DNA from: Mobula hypostoma | Taxonomy: Eukaryota | NCBI RefSeq assembly: GCF_963921235.1 | Contig: NC_086109.1 | Span: 1,676,001-1,736,000, forward strand | DNA: 60,000 bases | Reading direction: 5' to 3' | In this document: positions 1-11,964 of the stretch, one piece after another | Layout: the number at the start of each line of letters is the position of its first letter | How positions within the stretch are numbered: the first letter of the stretch is position 1 | Position numbers and translations under genes: made by a program | Notes under the pieces: generated by a model | The model's database searches: none | What the model was told of the DNA's origin: nothing | What the model saw: only the letters and a program-made list of their open reading frames with translations

Positions 1-254
1 TTCATTCACCCAGTGTCCAGCATTCCTCTAGCCATTACTTATTCCTAAGACCGACTCACACTATACTGGTGAGAAAGATCAAAACTCTGCTGAAGACACA
101 GGAGACTGCAGATGCTGAAGCTGGGGAATATAAAAGTAGCTGGAAGAACCCAATAGGTTAAGTGGTATCCATGGAGGCTGGTTACATTTCGGGTTAAGAT
201 GCTACAACAGGACGGACCTGCTGACATGTCTTCCTGCTCTGTATTTTACAACCC

Positions 255-1165
255 CAGGTTGAGCACCTCTTATCCGATATGCTTGGGGCAGGAAGTGTTT
301 CAGTTTTTTTGGGGATTTTGGAATATATAGTCAAGCGAGTTTGGGATCATCATCATTTCTGACTCTGAATTTATGTACTATTGGTAAGCAGTCTGCGTCT
401 TACACTTAATAATCACACATATGAACTTTAGACTAAAAATTACTACACATCATTTATAATGAAAACATAATGTATGCAGAGTAACAAAAAACAGCACAGC
501 AGCATCAGGAGAATACCTGAATCGGCTGTCGAACAACAACAAACACCGGCAGGCTTTCAGTCTCCACCTGTGATGCAGTGCTTTGATTAAAAGTTTACAG
601 TACACTCTATTTGTAATTAATTTTTTTAGGTTTTATGTAAGATATAAAAATAATCAGCACTGTAGACGTGTTCTGGTGTTAGATTTTCATCAGCAACGAT
701 CTTTGCAAACTTGCCAATGAATTTCTCTGCTGCTTCATGCTCAGCAGATGATTTATCTTTAAAATATTTTAAATCTTTAAAAAATTTAATGCTGTACCTT
801 TTCTTAAATTTTTTTTTTGCTAATTGCCTGTGGAGCATTCATAATTACCTTCAATTTTCAGTTTATTGTGATAGATCTTTGCTTGTTTCATGATCAGCAT
901 ACCATTAAGCAGCATATGTTCACACTGACACTGATGAATCCACGATTGTGATCTTCATTTTTTGCTTTATGCAGTGTTTTTCTATTTTTCATTAACTTTG
1001 GTCCATTACATATGTGAGGTCACTTCTCAGAACTATCTACGGTGTGCAGAGGACTGCACATTACCCGGAAACCTTCCTTGTGGAATTTTCCATTGGCAAC
1101 ATCATGTCAGTGCTCAAAAAAATTGGATTTTGGAGGTATGGGATTTTGGAATCTTGAATAACCTG
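255..1165 (-). mobile_element. Internally deleted Tigger/pogo (Tc1-mariner superfamily) DNA transposon
   Basis: Ends CAGGTTGAG... (255) and ...AACCTG|TA (1165). Minus-strand remnant FKKRYSIKF...SAEHEAAEKFIGKFAKIVADENLTPEHVYSAD resembles the Tigger/Jerky/CENP-B transposase up to the first catalytic D. Confidence 0.8.
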
Positions 1166-1479
1166 TACTATATATTTTTTTGTCTCTCACTCTCTAGGCA
1201 TTCCTATTCACTCATTGACCAGGTAACCTTGTGTATAACTCATGCCCACGGTCACACCAGTTTTACCCCATCAGAGATTAGTAACATTAATCAAAGGTTA
1301 CAATGGGAATTCGATCAACTGGAAAAAAAAGGTAAAGGACTAGCAGATGGAATTTAACTTGTAAAAGTGTGAAGAGATGCATTTTGAGAAATTAAAACCA
1401 GGGCAATACATACATAGTGAATGGCAGAACCCTGGGAAGGGTTGCTGAAATGAGAGATGGTTTCAGGGATATTACGCTC

Positions 1480-2105
1480 AATGTACCTTCTAGCAGCTAG
1501 GATCTCCTGGTGACCAGCCATTTTAATTCCTATCTCCATTTACCCAATGACCCATACGTCTACAGCCTACTCTACTGCCACGCTAAGACCAGATGTAAAT
1601 TAGAGGAACAATATATACCCAATTTGATGGCATCAACACTGCCCTCTGCCCATCCTGTTCAAACCCATGACATTTTCCCTTACCCACCTTGCCCCTTTAC
1701 CTCCCATCTTTCCTCTCCCTCACCCTCACAGTCTACCTATCACTCACACCTTCCTCCCTCTGGTTCCCCATCTCCTTCCTTTTATTCCCTAGTTTACTCT
1801 CCTTTCCCATCAGATTCTTTCCTCAGCCTTCTGCCTCTTCCACCTATCACCTCCCAGCTTCTCACGTCATTCCCTAGCCACCCCGACCTTGATTCACCTA
1901 TCATCCACCAGCTCCTGCTCCTCTGCTTCCCCACCCCCCCTCAACTTTTATTCTGGCTTCTTCCCTCTTTCTTTCTAGTTCTGATGAAGGGTCTTGGCAT
2001 GAAACATATTAATTTCCCAATATAGATGCTGCCTGGTCCGCTGAATTTCTCCTGCAATTTGCGTGCATTGCTCCAGATTTCCAGAATCTAAAGAGTCTCA
2101 TGTCA
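1480..2105 (+). mobile_element. Old Penelope-like element remnant (end of endonuclease, pyrimidine-rich tail, degenerate hammerhead)
   Basis: SHFNSY...LLYCHAKTRCKLEEQY matches the GIY-YIG C-terminus of the younger copies at 44.4 and 49.2 kb. CTGATGAAGGGTCTTGGCATGAAA at 1981; ends with a gatgctgcc...ccagaatct terminal motif. Confidence 0.7.
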
Positions 2106-2541
2106 CCGTCTTGATCAGAACCAAACTCTGGCCAACAGAAATTACTTGGAAGGAAACAGGGTCAACCCCAGACTGTCCTGGACTATCCCAAGGTGAGGAA
2201 CAGCTAACTTGACCACCTGCAATGAGTGTGGGACCAATCAAGGCTAATCCCGACATTCACAGGATAGGTTAGAGCCGAGCTCAAGCAGAGTGGACCAGAT
2301 CCAAGCTAATCAAGACCATCTTGGGAGAGAACAGGTCAAATCCCAGCAGTCCCACCTGCCCCTCCCATCCCAGTCGGGTGAGAACAGAGTTCGGCAGTGA
2401 CTGTTCTCTCTCATCCCGATGAAGGGGCCAGACACGGTGAAGGGGTGAAACATGCCCCACCACCAGTTTGCCACGTCCCCAGTCAGAGTGAGCCAGACCC
2501 AAGCAGACAGTCCCACCCCCACCACCTAACCAGGGACCAAC

Positions 2542-2826
2542 CTGTACTACAGTCCTGCTTCAGATTGACCTCCATGCTCCGCTGGCTGACGGGATTGGAG
2601 ACAGTGCAGCGGTACAGCGAAGGGCTGATGGTGTCCGCGGCATCGATGGAGACAACGGTGTAACTGCTGCTGTTGCTGACGTTGTGCGGCTGGTCAGAGT
2701 TCAGTTCACAGCCAGCAGCGTGCCAGACAAATTGCAACCCACTGCCACGGTCGGCCGTGCAGTGCAGCAGGCAGGCCTTGTCCTGCTCCACTCGGCTCAC
2801 CAGGATGGAGATATTCCCCACCGGCT
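2542..2826 (-). CDS. Exon 3 (IgC2 domain) of a CD2/SLAM-family receptor
   Basis: Acceptor tgtgcctgcag|AG and donor ACAG|gttggt; 285 nt, phase 1-1. Encodes EPVGNISILV...ACLLHC...FVW...YRCTVSNPVSQRSMEVNLKQDC. The C..W..YxCxVSNPVS pattern plus extra flanking Cys pair is typical of SLAM/CD2 membrane-proximal domains. Confidence 0.9.
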
Positions 2827-2914
2827 CTGCAGGCACAACACACAGGGTCAGTGACAGGGTAACAGGCCTGGCTAGTGAACAACTATTCCCCCCCTCCTAG
2901 CAGAGAGCCTGAGA

Positions 2915-5355
2915 TACACCAGTCACTGTACACATGTGAGAGAGAGAGAGACTGATCAGTGTACATAATCCCCTGGGAGAGGGACTGAGAGACAGTGGTC
3001 AGTGTACAGATATCCCCCTGAGAGAGAGGGACAGAGAGACACCGGTCAGTGTACAGATATCCCCCTGAGAGAGAGGGACTGAGAGACACCGGTCAGTATA
3101 CAGATATCCCCCTGAGAGAGAGGGACAGAGAGACACCGGTCAGTGTACAGATATCCCCAGAGATAGAGGGACTAAGAGACACCGGTCAGTGTACAGATAT
3201 CCCCTGAGAGAGAGGGACAGAGAGACACCGGTCAGTGTACAGATATCCCCCTGAGAGAGAGGGACTGAGAGACACCGGTCAGTATACAGATATCCCCCTG
3301 AGAGAGAGGGACTGAGAGACAGTGGTCAGTGTACAGATATCCCCCTGAGAGAGAGGGACTGAGAGACAGTGGTCAGTGTACAGATATCCCCTGAGAGAGA
3401 GGGACTGAGAGACACCGGGCAGTGTACAGATATCCCCCTGAGAGAGAGGGACTGAGAGACACCGGTCAGTATACAGATATCCCCCTGAGAGAGAGGGACA
3501 GAGAGACACCGGTCAGTGTACAGATATCCCCAGAGATAGAGGGACTGAGAGACACCGGTCAGTGTACAGATATCCCCCTGAGAGAGAGGGACTGAGAGAC
3601 ACCGGTCAGTGTACAGATATCCCCTGAGAGAGGGGGACTGAGAGACACCGGTCAGTATACAGATATCCCCCTGAGAGAGAGGGACTGAGAGACAGTGGTC
3701 AGTGTACAGATATCCCCTGAGAGAGAGGGACTGAGAGACGCCGGTCAGTGTACAGATATCCCCCTGAGAGAGAGGGACTGAGAGACACCGGTCAGCGTAC
3801 AGATATCCCCTGAGAGAGAGGGACTGAGAGACACCGGTCAGTGTACAGATATCCCCTGAGAGAGAGGGACTGAGAGACAGTGGTCAGTGTACAGATATCC
3901 CCTGAGAGAGAGGGACTGAGAGACACCGGTCAGCATACAGATATCCCCTGAGAGACAGGGACTGAGAGACACCGGTCAGTGTACAGATATCCCCTGAGAG
4001 AGAGGGACTGAGAGACACCGGTCAGTGTACAGATATCCCCTGAGAGAGAGAGACTGAGAGACACCGGTCAGTATACAGATATCCCCTGAGAGAGAGGGAC
4101 TGAGAGACACCGGTCAGTGTACAGATATCCCCTGAGAGAGAGGGACTGAGAGACACCGGTCAGTGTACAGATATCCCCTGAGAGAGAGGGACTGAGAGAC
4201 GCCGGTCAGTGTACAGATATCCCCTGTGAGAGAGGGACTGAGAGACACCGGTCAATGTACAGATATCCTCCAAGAGCGAGGGACTGAGAGACACCGGTCA
4301 GTGTACAGATATCCTCCAAGAGTGAGGGACTGAGAGACACCGGTCAATGTACACATATCCCCTGATAGAGAGGGACTGAGAGACACCGGTCAATGTACAC
4401 ATATCCCTTGATAGAGAGGGACTGAGAGACACCGGTCAGTGTACAGATATCCCCTGATAGAGAGGGACTGAGAGACACCGGTCAGTGTACAGATATCCCC
4501 TGAGAGAGGGGGACAGAGAGAGACGCCAGCCAGTGTACAGATATCCCCTGAGAGACAGGGACTGAGAGACACCGGTCAGTGTACAGATATCCCCTGAGAG
4601 AGAGGGACTGAGAGACACTGGTCAGTGTACAGATATCCCCAGAGAGAGAGGGACTGAGAGACGCCGGTCAGTGTACAGATATCCCCCTGAGAGACACTGG
4701 TCAGCGTACAAATATCCCCCTGAGAGAGAGGGACTGAGAGATACCGGTCAGTAAACAGATATCCCCTGAGAGAGAGGGACTGAGAGACGCCGGTCAGTGT
4801 ACAGATATCCCCTGAGAGAGAGGGACAGAGAGACACCGGTCAGTGTACAGATATCCCCTGAGAGAGAGGGACAGAGAGACACCGGTCAGTGTACAGATAC
4901 CCCCTGAGAGAGAGGGACTGAGAGACACCGGTCAGTGTACAGATATCCTCTGAGAGACAGGGACTGAGAGACACCGGTCAGTGTACAGATATCCCCTGAG
5001 AGAGAGGGACTGAGAGACACCGGTCAGTATACAGATATCCCCTGAGAGAGAGGGACTGAGAGACGCCGGTCAGTGTACAGATATCCCCTGAGAGAGAGGG
5101 ACTGAGAGACACCGATCAGTGTACAGATATCCCCTGAGAGAGAGGGACTGAGAGACACCGGTCAGTGTACAGATATCCCCTGAGAGACAGGGACTGAGAG
5201 ACACCGGTCAGTGTACAGATATCCCCTGAGAGAGAGGGACTGAGAGACACCGGTCAGTGTACAGATATCCCCTGAGAGAGCGGGACTGAGAGACACCGGT
5301 CAGTATACAGATACCACCCCAAGAGTGAAGAACTGAGACTCACCGGTCAGTGTCT
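2915..5355. repeat. Intronic minisatellite, 46-47 bp unit, roughly 50 copies
   Basis: Head-to-tail gtcagtgtacagatatcccctgagagagagggactgagagacaccg with point variants and no spacers. Confidence 0.97.
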
Positions 5356-5830
5356 CTGAAGGATGTTTGGGAGAGATGAAGGACTGATGATATACATGTC
5401 CCTGTCAAGGTGGAAAGTGAGGGATACTGCTGACCTGCGGCACTCAGGACTGGAGATCATATGAAAGGTTAAGGTACAACCTCCAGAGGATGGTGCCTGT
5501 GCAAAGGAGTAATTCCAAATGTAGTCAGAGGCAAAAACAGGTGGTTGACAGCAGTGGTATCACCTCCCGTAAGCCGAGAATGATGGTGATTTCTCCTGCA
5601 CATTCTCTGTAGATGTGTTGAATTCCTTTGTCATCTCTTTATTCACCAGTACAATATCTCTTGCCTTAGCTCAAAAAAATTCTCAGTTTTGATTTTTTTT
5701 ATATAAATCCGAAGAAATTAGAAGAAGAATATCTTTATTGTCATCGTTGCAGAGCGGTTTGTTTTCAGCTTGCTGCTCACCGACTCTCCTTTCCAGTTCA
5801 GATCAACAGGGGGAGCGAAGAACCACTCAC

Positions 5831-6163
5831 CATAAACCTGCAGCTGTACGACATTGCGAGTCATCTCATCCCAGACGTACCAGACCACCGCACGATACAG
5901 ACCGCTGTCTGACAGCTTAACGGCGAACAGCCGCAGCCCGTAGTCAGGCAGCATCTCCATTTGAGTGTCGAAGGGGGGCAGACAAACTCTGCTTCCGTTG
6001 CCCAGCTTCTCGCACAGGGTGACAGTGGACTCTGCATTCCACCGGCGGTATCCCCACTGCACAATCTCAGGACGGTGGGCTTTCAGGTTGGGCGGCAGCG
6101 TCACCGAGTGTCCGATGCTGGCATTCACCACGTGAGAGGCTTTCCAGCGAGCCTGAGCCACAT
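5831..6163 (-). CDS. Exon 2 (N-terminal IgV domain) of a CD2/SLAM-family receptor
   Basis: Polypyrimidine acceptor ctatccccatccag|AT and donor TATG|gtgagt; 333 nt, phase 1-1. Encodes VVNASIGHSVTLP...IVQW...LRLFAVKLSDSGLYRAVV...VQLQVY, a V-set fold lacking the B-F Cys pair as in CD2/SLAM/CEACAM N-domains. Confidence 0.9.
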
Positions 6164-6424
6164 CTGGATGGGGATAGAGGGGGAGGGAGAAGTTGAAGGG
6201 AAAGGGATGGATCAGAGAGAGAGCAGGGTATGCAAGAAGCTTGCAGGATGGGAATGAGGTAGTGGAGGCAGTGGGAGACCGAAGAGAGGGATGAGGGATG
6301 AGGGATGTGGGATGTGGCAGGTGTGGGGAGGGATATTAATTCCATTGTAGGACAAGGAAATTGCCCTCTGGACGGCAGAGAGCACGATGCAAGCAGGAAG
6401 GGACTGAACTGGCAAAAACGATGC

Positions 6425-6685
6425 CATCACAGTAGCATAACAGTTACAGTAACGCTGTTACAGCACCAGCGACCTCGGTTCAGTTCCCGCCGCTCTCTGA
6501 AAGAAGTTTACACATTCTCCCCGTGACTGCACGGATTTCCTCCAGGTGCTCTGGTTTCCCACAGTCACTCCTAAAGACATATATATGGGCTAGTAAGTTA
6601 ATTGCTGTAACTGGGCTGCACAAGCTGCCGCTGGAAGGGCCAGTTAACACCTACGCAACTCAGGCAATAAGCGAATAAATAAGAA
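6425..6685 (+). mobile_element. tRNA-derived V-SINE (HE1-like), in intron 1
   Basis: B-box-like ggttcagttccc followed by the V-domain core gtttacacattctccccgtgactgcacggatttcctccaggtgctctggtttccc. Confidence 0.7.
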
Positions 6686-6934
6686 AATACAGAATTTAAA
6701 ATAAAACGGGGCTGGACAGTTGGATTTGCGGTTCTTGGGCAGAAGGTAGAAGCGCGGTGCGTGGGGCTAGGACACCAGAAGCTTTGGGGAATTGGAGGGA
6801 AGATGTCCCGAGAAAATGGGGTCAGTGAGTCTGGGGAGATGGATGATGTTGTGGTGGGAGCGGAACTGACACGGGGACAGACCGGAGAGGAATATCACGG
6901 GCAATACACCCCAATTCCCAAACCAGCCCCTCAC

Positions 6935-6977
6935 CCGCCCACACCGCAAAGTGAAGAAGCGTCGCCGCCAGCTGCAT
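6935..6977 (-). CDS. Exon 1 (signal peptide) of the CD2/SLAM-family receptor
   Basis: Kozak-like gcggcgccATG, MQLAATLLHFAVWA, phase-1 donor G|gtgagg. Splices in frame to exon 2, giving MQLAATLLHFAVWADVAQA-RWKASH. Confidence 0.85.
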
Positions 6978-7060
6978 GGCGCCGCCTCCCGCTCACCGTC
7001 ACCCCGGTGACCACCGGCGAACAATCCCGCCGCTCACCAAGGCGCGCTTTCATCCAATCA
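6978..7060 (-). promoter_or_regulatory. GC/CpG-rich 5'UTR and proximal promoter with CCAAT box
   Basis: CpG-dense stretch just upstream of the ATG; CCAATCAG at 7054-7061. Confidence 0.55.
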
Positions 7061-7331
7061 GAGGTCGTAGTGCACAAGGTGGCGAATCAGAGATCGCGGA
7101 GCACAAGGTGGCGAATCAGAGATCGCGGGGCACAAGGTGGCGAATCAGAGATCGCGGGGCACAAGGTGGCGAATCAGAGATCGCGGGGCACAAGGTGGCG
7201 AATCAGAGATCGCGGGGCACAGACTGACGAATCAGAGATCGCGGGGCACAGACTGACGAATCAGAGATCGCGGTGCACAAGGTGGCGAATCAGAGATCGC
7301 GGGGCACAGACTGACGAATCAGAGATCGCGG
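7056..7331. repeat. 29-bp CpG-rich tandem repeat, about 9.5 copies
   Basis: aatcagagatcgcggggcacaaggtggcg repeating at 7056, 7085 ... 7317; a second variant ends ...cacagactgacg. Confidence 0.95.
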
Positions 7332-7369
7332 AATTCAATGCGTTTTGTTTACTTTTTAAAAATCTATTT

Positions 7370-7745
7370 GCGATTAGATCAAGGCGTCAAGAAGGAGAGC
7401 GTCCGACGAGCTAAGGTACGGCTCACTATTGAACGAGGTTTGCTCACTTCAGCGCTGAACTGACTTTGCAGCTGTGTCCTGCAACCATCGATATTAACCT
7501 CTGCGCTGAGCCTGCTCTACGACTGTGGACTCTTCAGGGACTCCCCGGTTAGTGTTATATTTGTTTACTTTTTCATTGTTTGCATGGTTTGTTCTTTTTA
7601 TGTGCGTTGGGTGTTTGCCGATGTTCGCTGTGTGTTTTTTTAATGGATTCTATTGTGTTTCTTTGTTCTGTGGCTGCCTACAAGAAGATTAATCTCAGGG
7701 TTGTACGCAGGATACATACTTTGACAATAAATGTACTTTGAACGT
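7370..7745 (+). mobile_element. Non-LTR retroelement 3' UTR fragment (Rex1-type tail)
   Basis: T-rich tail ending aatctcagggttgta...aataaatgtactttgaac. Confidence 0.5.
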
Positions 7746-7844
7746 AAGTTCTGTTTTAAGTATACCAAGAAATTGGCTTCCACAAATCCTCTGGCTAAAG
7801 AAATTCCTCCTCGTTTGCGTTTAAATTCCTCCTCATCTCTCTTA

Positions 7845-8330
7845 GGATGTGGAAGCCACAGAAAGGGTGCAGAAGAGATTTACAAGGATGTTGCCTGGAT
7901 TGGGGAGCATGCCTTATGAAAACAGGTTGAGTGAACTCGGCCTTTTCTCCTTGGGGTCACGGAGGATGAGAGGTGACCTGATAGAGGTGTATAAGATTAT
8001 GAGAGGCATTGATCGTGTGGATAGAGGCTTTTTCACAGGGCTGAAATGGTTGCAACAAGAGGACACAGGTTTAAGGTGCTGGGAAGTGGGTACAGAGGAG
8101 ATATCAGGGGTAAGTTTTTTACACAGAGAGTGGTGAATGCGTGGAATGGGCTGCCGGCAACAGTGGTGGAGGCAGATACGATAGTGTCTTTTAAGAGAAT
8201 TTTGAATTGGTGCATGGAGCTTAGTAAAATAGAGGGCTATGGGTAAACCTAGTAATTTCTAAGGTAGGGACATGTTTGGCACAACTTAGTGGGCCGAATG
8301 GCCTGTATTGTGTTGTAGGTTTTCAATGTT
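7845..8330 (+). mobile_element. CR1 LINE 3' fragment
   Basis: ERVQKRFTRMLPGL...RGDLIEVYKIMRG...TRGH...FFTQRVVNAWN, plus 3' hairpin/tail. Confidence 0.9.
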
Positions 8331-8500
8331 TCTCTTCTAAAGAGATATCCTTTTATTCGAAGGCTCTGCCCTCCGGTCATAGACTCTCCCACTATTAGAA
8401 ACATCCTCTGCAAGTCCACTCTATCTAGACCTTTCAATATTTGATAGGTTTCAATGAGATTCCCCCTCAATCTCCTAAACTCCAGTGGGTATCTTGAAGT
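8330..8500 (-). mobile_element. CR1 LINE fragment
   Basis: LEFRRLRGNLIETYQILKGLDRV. Confidence 0.85.
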
Positions 8501-9324
8501 ACACTCCATACGTGAGAATGGTTTGTGACATGATTGATGATCTCATGTAAAATCAGAATTTAATACCAATAGTTTGTTATAAACTAGACGGGCTCTATGA
8601 CCTACTGTCCAAGCATAGTCGGCACAACATTGTGGGCCGAAGGGCCTCTAATGTGCTGTAAATTTCTATCTTCTATGTTCATTTCTGGTGTTGGGTTAAG
8701 TGAAGATCCACTGAATTGCTAAAAATTCTTGTCATTTCCTGTTACATATTTAAATGCATATTTTATAATTTAAAGAAGAAATGAGGGAGGGGCAGGGGAA
8801 GAAGATGGAGTTGAGAGATGGGTGGAGGGAGGGAGAGGGAAGGGGTGATGGGGAAGGGGATGCAAGAGTAGGGTCAGGAAGGGAGAATATGTGTGGAGTG
8901 GAATTGGTATGGAGAGCAGTTGGTCTGGCCCAGGGCCAGTGATGGAGCGAGTCTGTGGGTCGAGGTAAAGGCTGACCAGGGTGAAGGGGGAGGTCCAGCT
9001 ACAGGGCAGCTCTGATCTCAGATCCCTTTCCCAGAAGACCTGTGAGCAGCATCCCCAGCATCAATTCACCATCCCCACCCCCCCTCCCTTTAGGGGCGGC
9101 CAAGATTACCGCTGACTGTGGGGTGAGGAGGTAGGGAGACTGAGGGCAGAGCTAGAAAGCTGCTGGCGTAGAGGGAGCCCCACCCAGACTCCAATCTGTG
9201 CTTGCTATTCCTGGAGAAAATCAACACACGGTGTCTGCTGATCTACTGACTGTCTGTCCACCTCGGTTCATGAGATAAACAGTATTCGGTCAAATCTTTG
9301 TCTTCCTTCTTTTCAATGCAATGT

Positions 9325-11790
9325 TACATTAGTCATGGGGGATTTCAAATATACAGACAGATTGGGAAAATCAAGTTGATGCTAAACCCCAAGAGAGAGA
9401 ATTTGTGGAATGCCTCCTAGATGGCTTTTTGGTTGAGCCCATTAGGATATCAACAATTTTGGATTATGTGTTCTGTAATGAACTGGATGTGATTAGGGAA
9501 CTTAAGGTAAAGGAACCTTTTGGAAACAGTGAGCATAATATCACAGAATTCACACTGCAACTTGAGAGGAAGAAGCTAAAGTCAGATTTACGGTGGAGTA
9601 AAGAAAATTACAGAGGCACGAAGAAGACCCTGGCCAAAGTTGATTGGAAGGGGACACTAGCAGGGATGATGGTAGAGCAGAAATGGCTGGAGTTTCTGGG
9701 AGCTACTCAGAAGGCACAGAATAGACACATCTGAAAGAAGAAGAAGTATTCTAAAGGCAGGATAATGCAACTGAGGCTGACAAGAAAAGTCAGAGCCAAT
9801 ATAAAAAACAAAAAAAGGAATATAATAGAGCAAGAATTAACGGGATGTTAGAGGATTGGGAAAATTTTGAAAATCTACAGAAGGCAACTAAACAAACCAT
9901 AAGATGGAAAAGATGTACTATGAAGGTAAGCTAGAAAATAATATCAGAGGATACCAAAAGATTTTTTCATATCTATGTAAAGAGTAAAAGAGAGGTGAGA
10001 GTAGATATTAGACCACTGGAAAAATGATGCTGGAGAGATGGTAACAGGGGACAAGGAAATGGCAGACAAAGTGAACAAGTATTTTGCTTCGGACTTCACT
10101 GTGGAAGACACTATTAGTATGCTGGAAGTTCGAGAGTGTCAAGGGGCATAAATGAGTGCAGTTGCAATTACTGGGGATTTGGTTCTTGGAAAACTGAAAG
10201 GCCTGAAGGTAGAAAAGTCACTTGGACCTGATGGACTATACCCCAGGGTTCTAAAAGAGGTAGCTGAAGAAATTGTGGAGATATTAGTAATGATCTGGCA
10301 AGAATTAATAGATCCCAGAGGACTAGAAAATTGTAAATTATAGGCCAGTTAGCCTGACCTCAATGGTTGGGAAGATGTTGGAGCTGATTGTTAAGGATGT
10401 GGCTTTGGATACTTGGAGGCACATGACAAAATAGGCCAAAGTCAGCATGGTTACCTTAACACAAAGTCTTGCCTGACAAATCTGTTGGAATTGTTTGAAG
10501 ACATAACAGGCAGGATAGACAAAGGAAAAATTTGTGGATACTGTGTAGTTGGATTTTCAGAAGGCCTTTGGCAAAGTGCCACACATGAGGCTGCTAAACG
10601 AGGTATGAATCCATGGTATTACAGGAAAGATAAAGCATGGTAGAGCAGTGGCTGATTGGCAGGAGGCAAAGAGTGGGGATAAAGGGATCTTTCTCAGCTT
10701 GGCTGCTTGTGACTAGTGTTGTTCTACAGGGGTTTGTGTTATAACCACTTCTTTTTACGCTGTATTTCAATGACTTGGATGGTGAAATGATGGCTTTGTG
10801 GACAATACAAAGACAGATGGAAGGGCAGATGGTGTTGAGGAAGCAGAGAGGCTGCAGAAGGACAGGCAAATCAGGAGAATGGGCAAAGAGGTAGCAGATG
10901 GTATACAATGTTGGGAAGTGTATGGTCATACACTTTGGTCGAAGGAATAAAAGCATATTTTCTCAACAGGAAGGTAATTCAAAAATCCGAGGTTCAAATA
11001 GATTTGAAAATCCTCGTGTACCATTCCCAAAAGCTTAATTTGCAGGTTGAATCGGTAGTGAGGAAAGAGAATGCGATGTTAGCATTCATTTCAAAAGATG
11101 TAGAACATAAAGACAAAGGTGTAATGTTTAAGCTGTATGAGGCACTGGTGAAGCTTCACTTGGAGAATTGTGATCGGTTCTGGGCCCCTTATCTAAGAAA
11201 GGCTGCACTGACATGGGAGAGAGTTCAGAGGAGATTCATGAGAATGATTCTGGGAATGAAAGGGTTATCATATGAGCGGTGATTAATAGCTCTGGGCCTT
11301 TACTCACAGGAGTTTAGAAGAATGAGAGGAATCTCATTGAAACCTATGAAATTTTGAAAGCCCGAGATAGGTTGGAAGTGAACAGGGTGTTTCCTTTGGT
11401 GGGGGAGTTTAGGGACAGAGAGCACAGCCTCAAAATAGAGGAATGTCCATTTAGAACAGAGATGAGGAGGAGTTTATTTAGGCAGAGGGTGAATCTGTGG
11501 AATTCATTATCACAAGCAGCTGTGGAGGCCAGGTCACTGGGTGCACTCAAGACGGTAGTTGATAGGGTCTTGATTATTCAGGAGTGAAAGGCCATGGGGA
11601 GAAGGCAGGAGAATGGGGTTGAAAGCCATGGGGTGAAGACAGGAGAATGGGGTTGAGAGGAGATGGGGTTGAGAGGCCATGGGGAGAAGGCTGGGGTTGA
11701 GAGGACATGAATCAGCTGTTATGAAATGGCTGAGCTGACTTGATGGGCTGAGTGGCCTAATTCTGCTCCTATGTCTTATGGTCTTATGGT
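9325..11790 (+). mobile_element. Decayed CR1 LINE (ORF2 with stops and frameshifts)
   Basis: Endonuclease remnant (ILDYVF..SEHN), KSLGPDGLYPRVLKE, SQHG..KSCLTNLLE, RT C-terminus, tcttatgg tail. Confidence 0.92.
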
Positions 11791-11839
11791 TTCCAAGGTC
11801 TCCTCTTCTTTCACAATGAGTAGGGTTTGAACAACTTGT

Positions 11840-11960
11840 ACACAGAGTGGATCTCCCTCTACACTGTTACATCACACACTCCAAAGGCATGGCTTAGACA
11901 CAGAGTGAAGCTCCATCTACATTATAATAACACATTCCCAGAGCATGGGTTTACCTATAG
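11840..11960 (+). repeat. Two degenerate units of the ~56-bp satellite
   Basis: acacagagtgaagctcc-tctacactgt...cacactcc; same family as 47462-47800. Confidence 0.7.
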
Positions 11961-11964
11961 AATG

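Noticed and set aside
45..95. Candidate next exon of the CD2/SLAM-like gene
   Set aside because: The acceptor lies in a Penelope remnant, the phase-1 reading stops within three codons, and there is no TM segment.
2915..5355. CRISPR-like array
   Set aside because: Units are contiguous with no unique spacers, there are no cas genes, and the context is a eukaryotic intron.
6761..7414. 217-aa + strand ORF (and 6976-7227)
   Set aside because: Kept open by GC-rich sequence and the 29-bp repeat; antisense to the real leader exon.
8900..9225. Possible small minus-strand exons upstream of the receptor gene
   Set aside because: Acceptor-like sites exist, but frames end quickly, the implied intron is very short, and there is no recognisable product.
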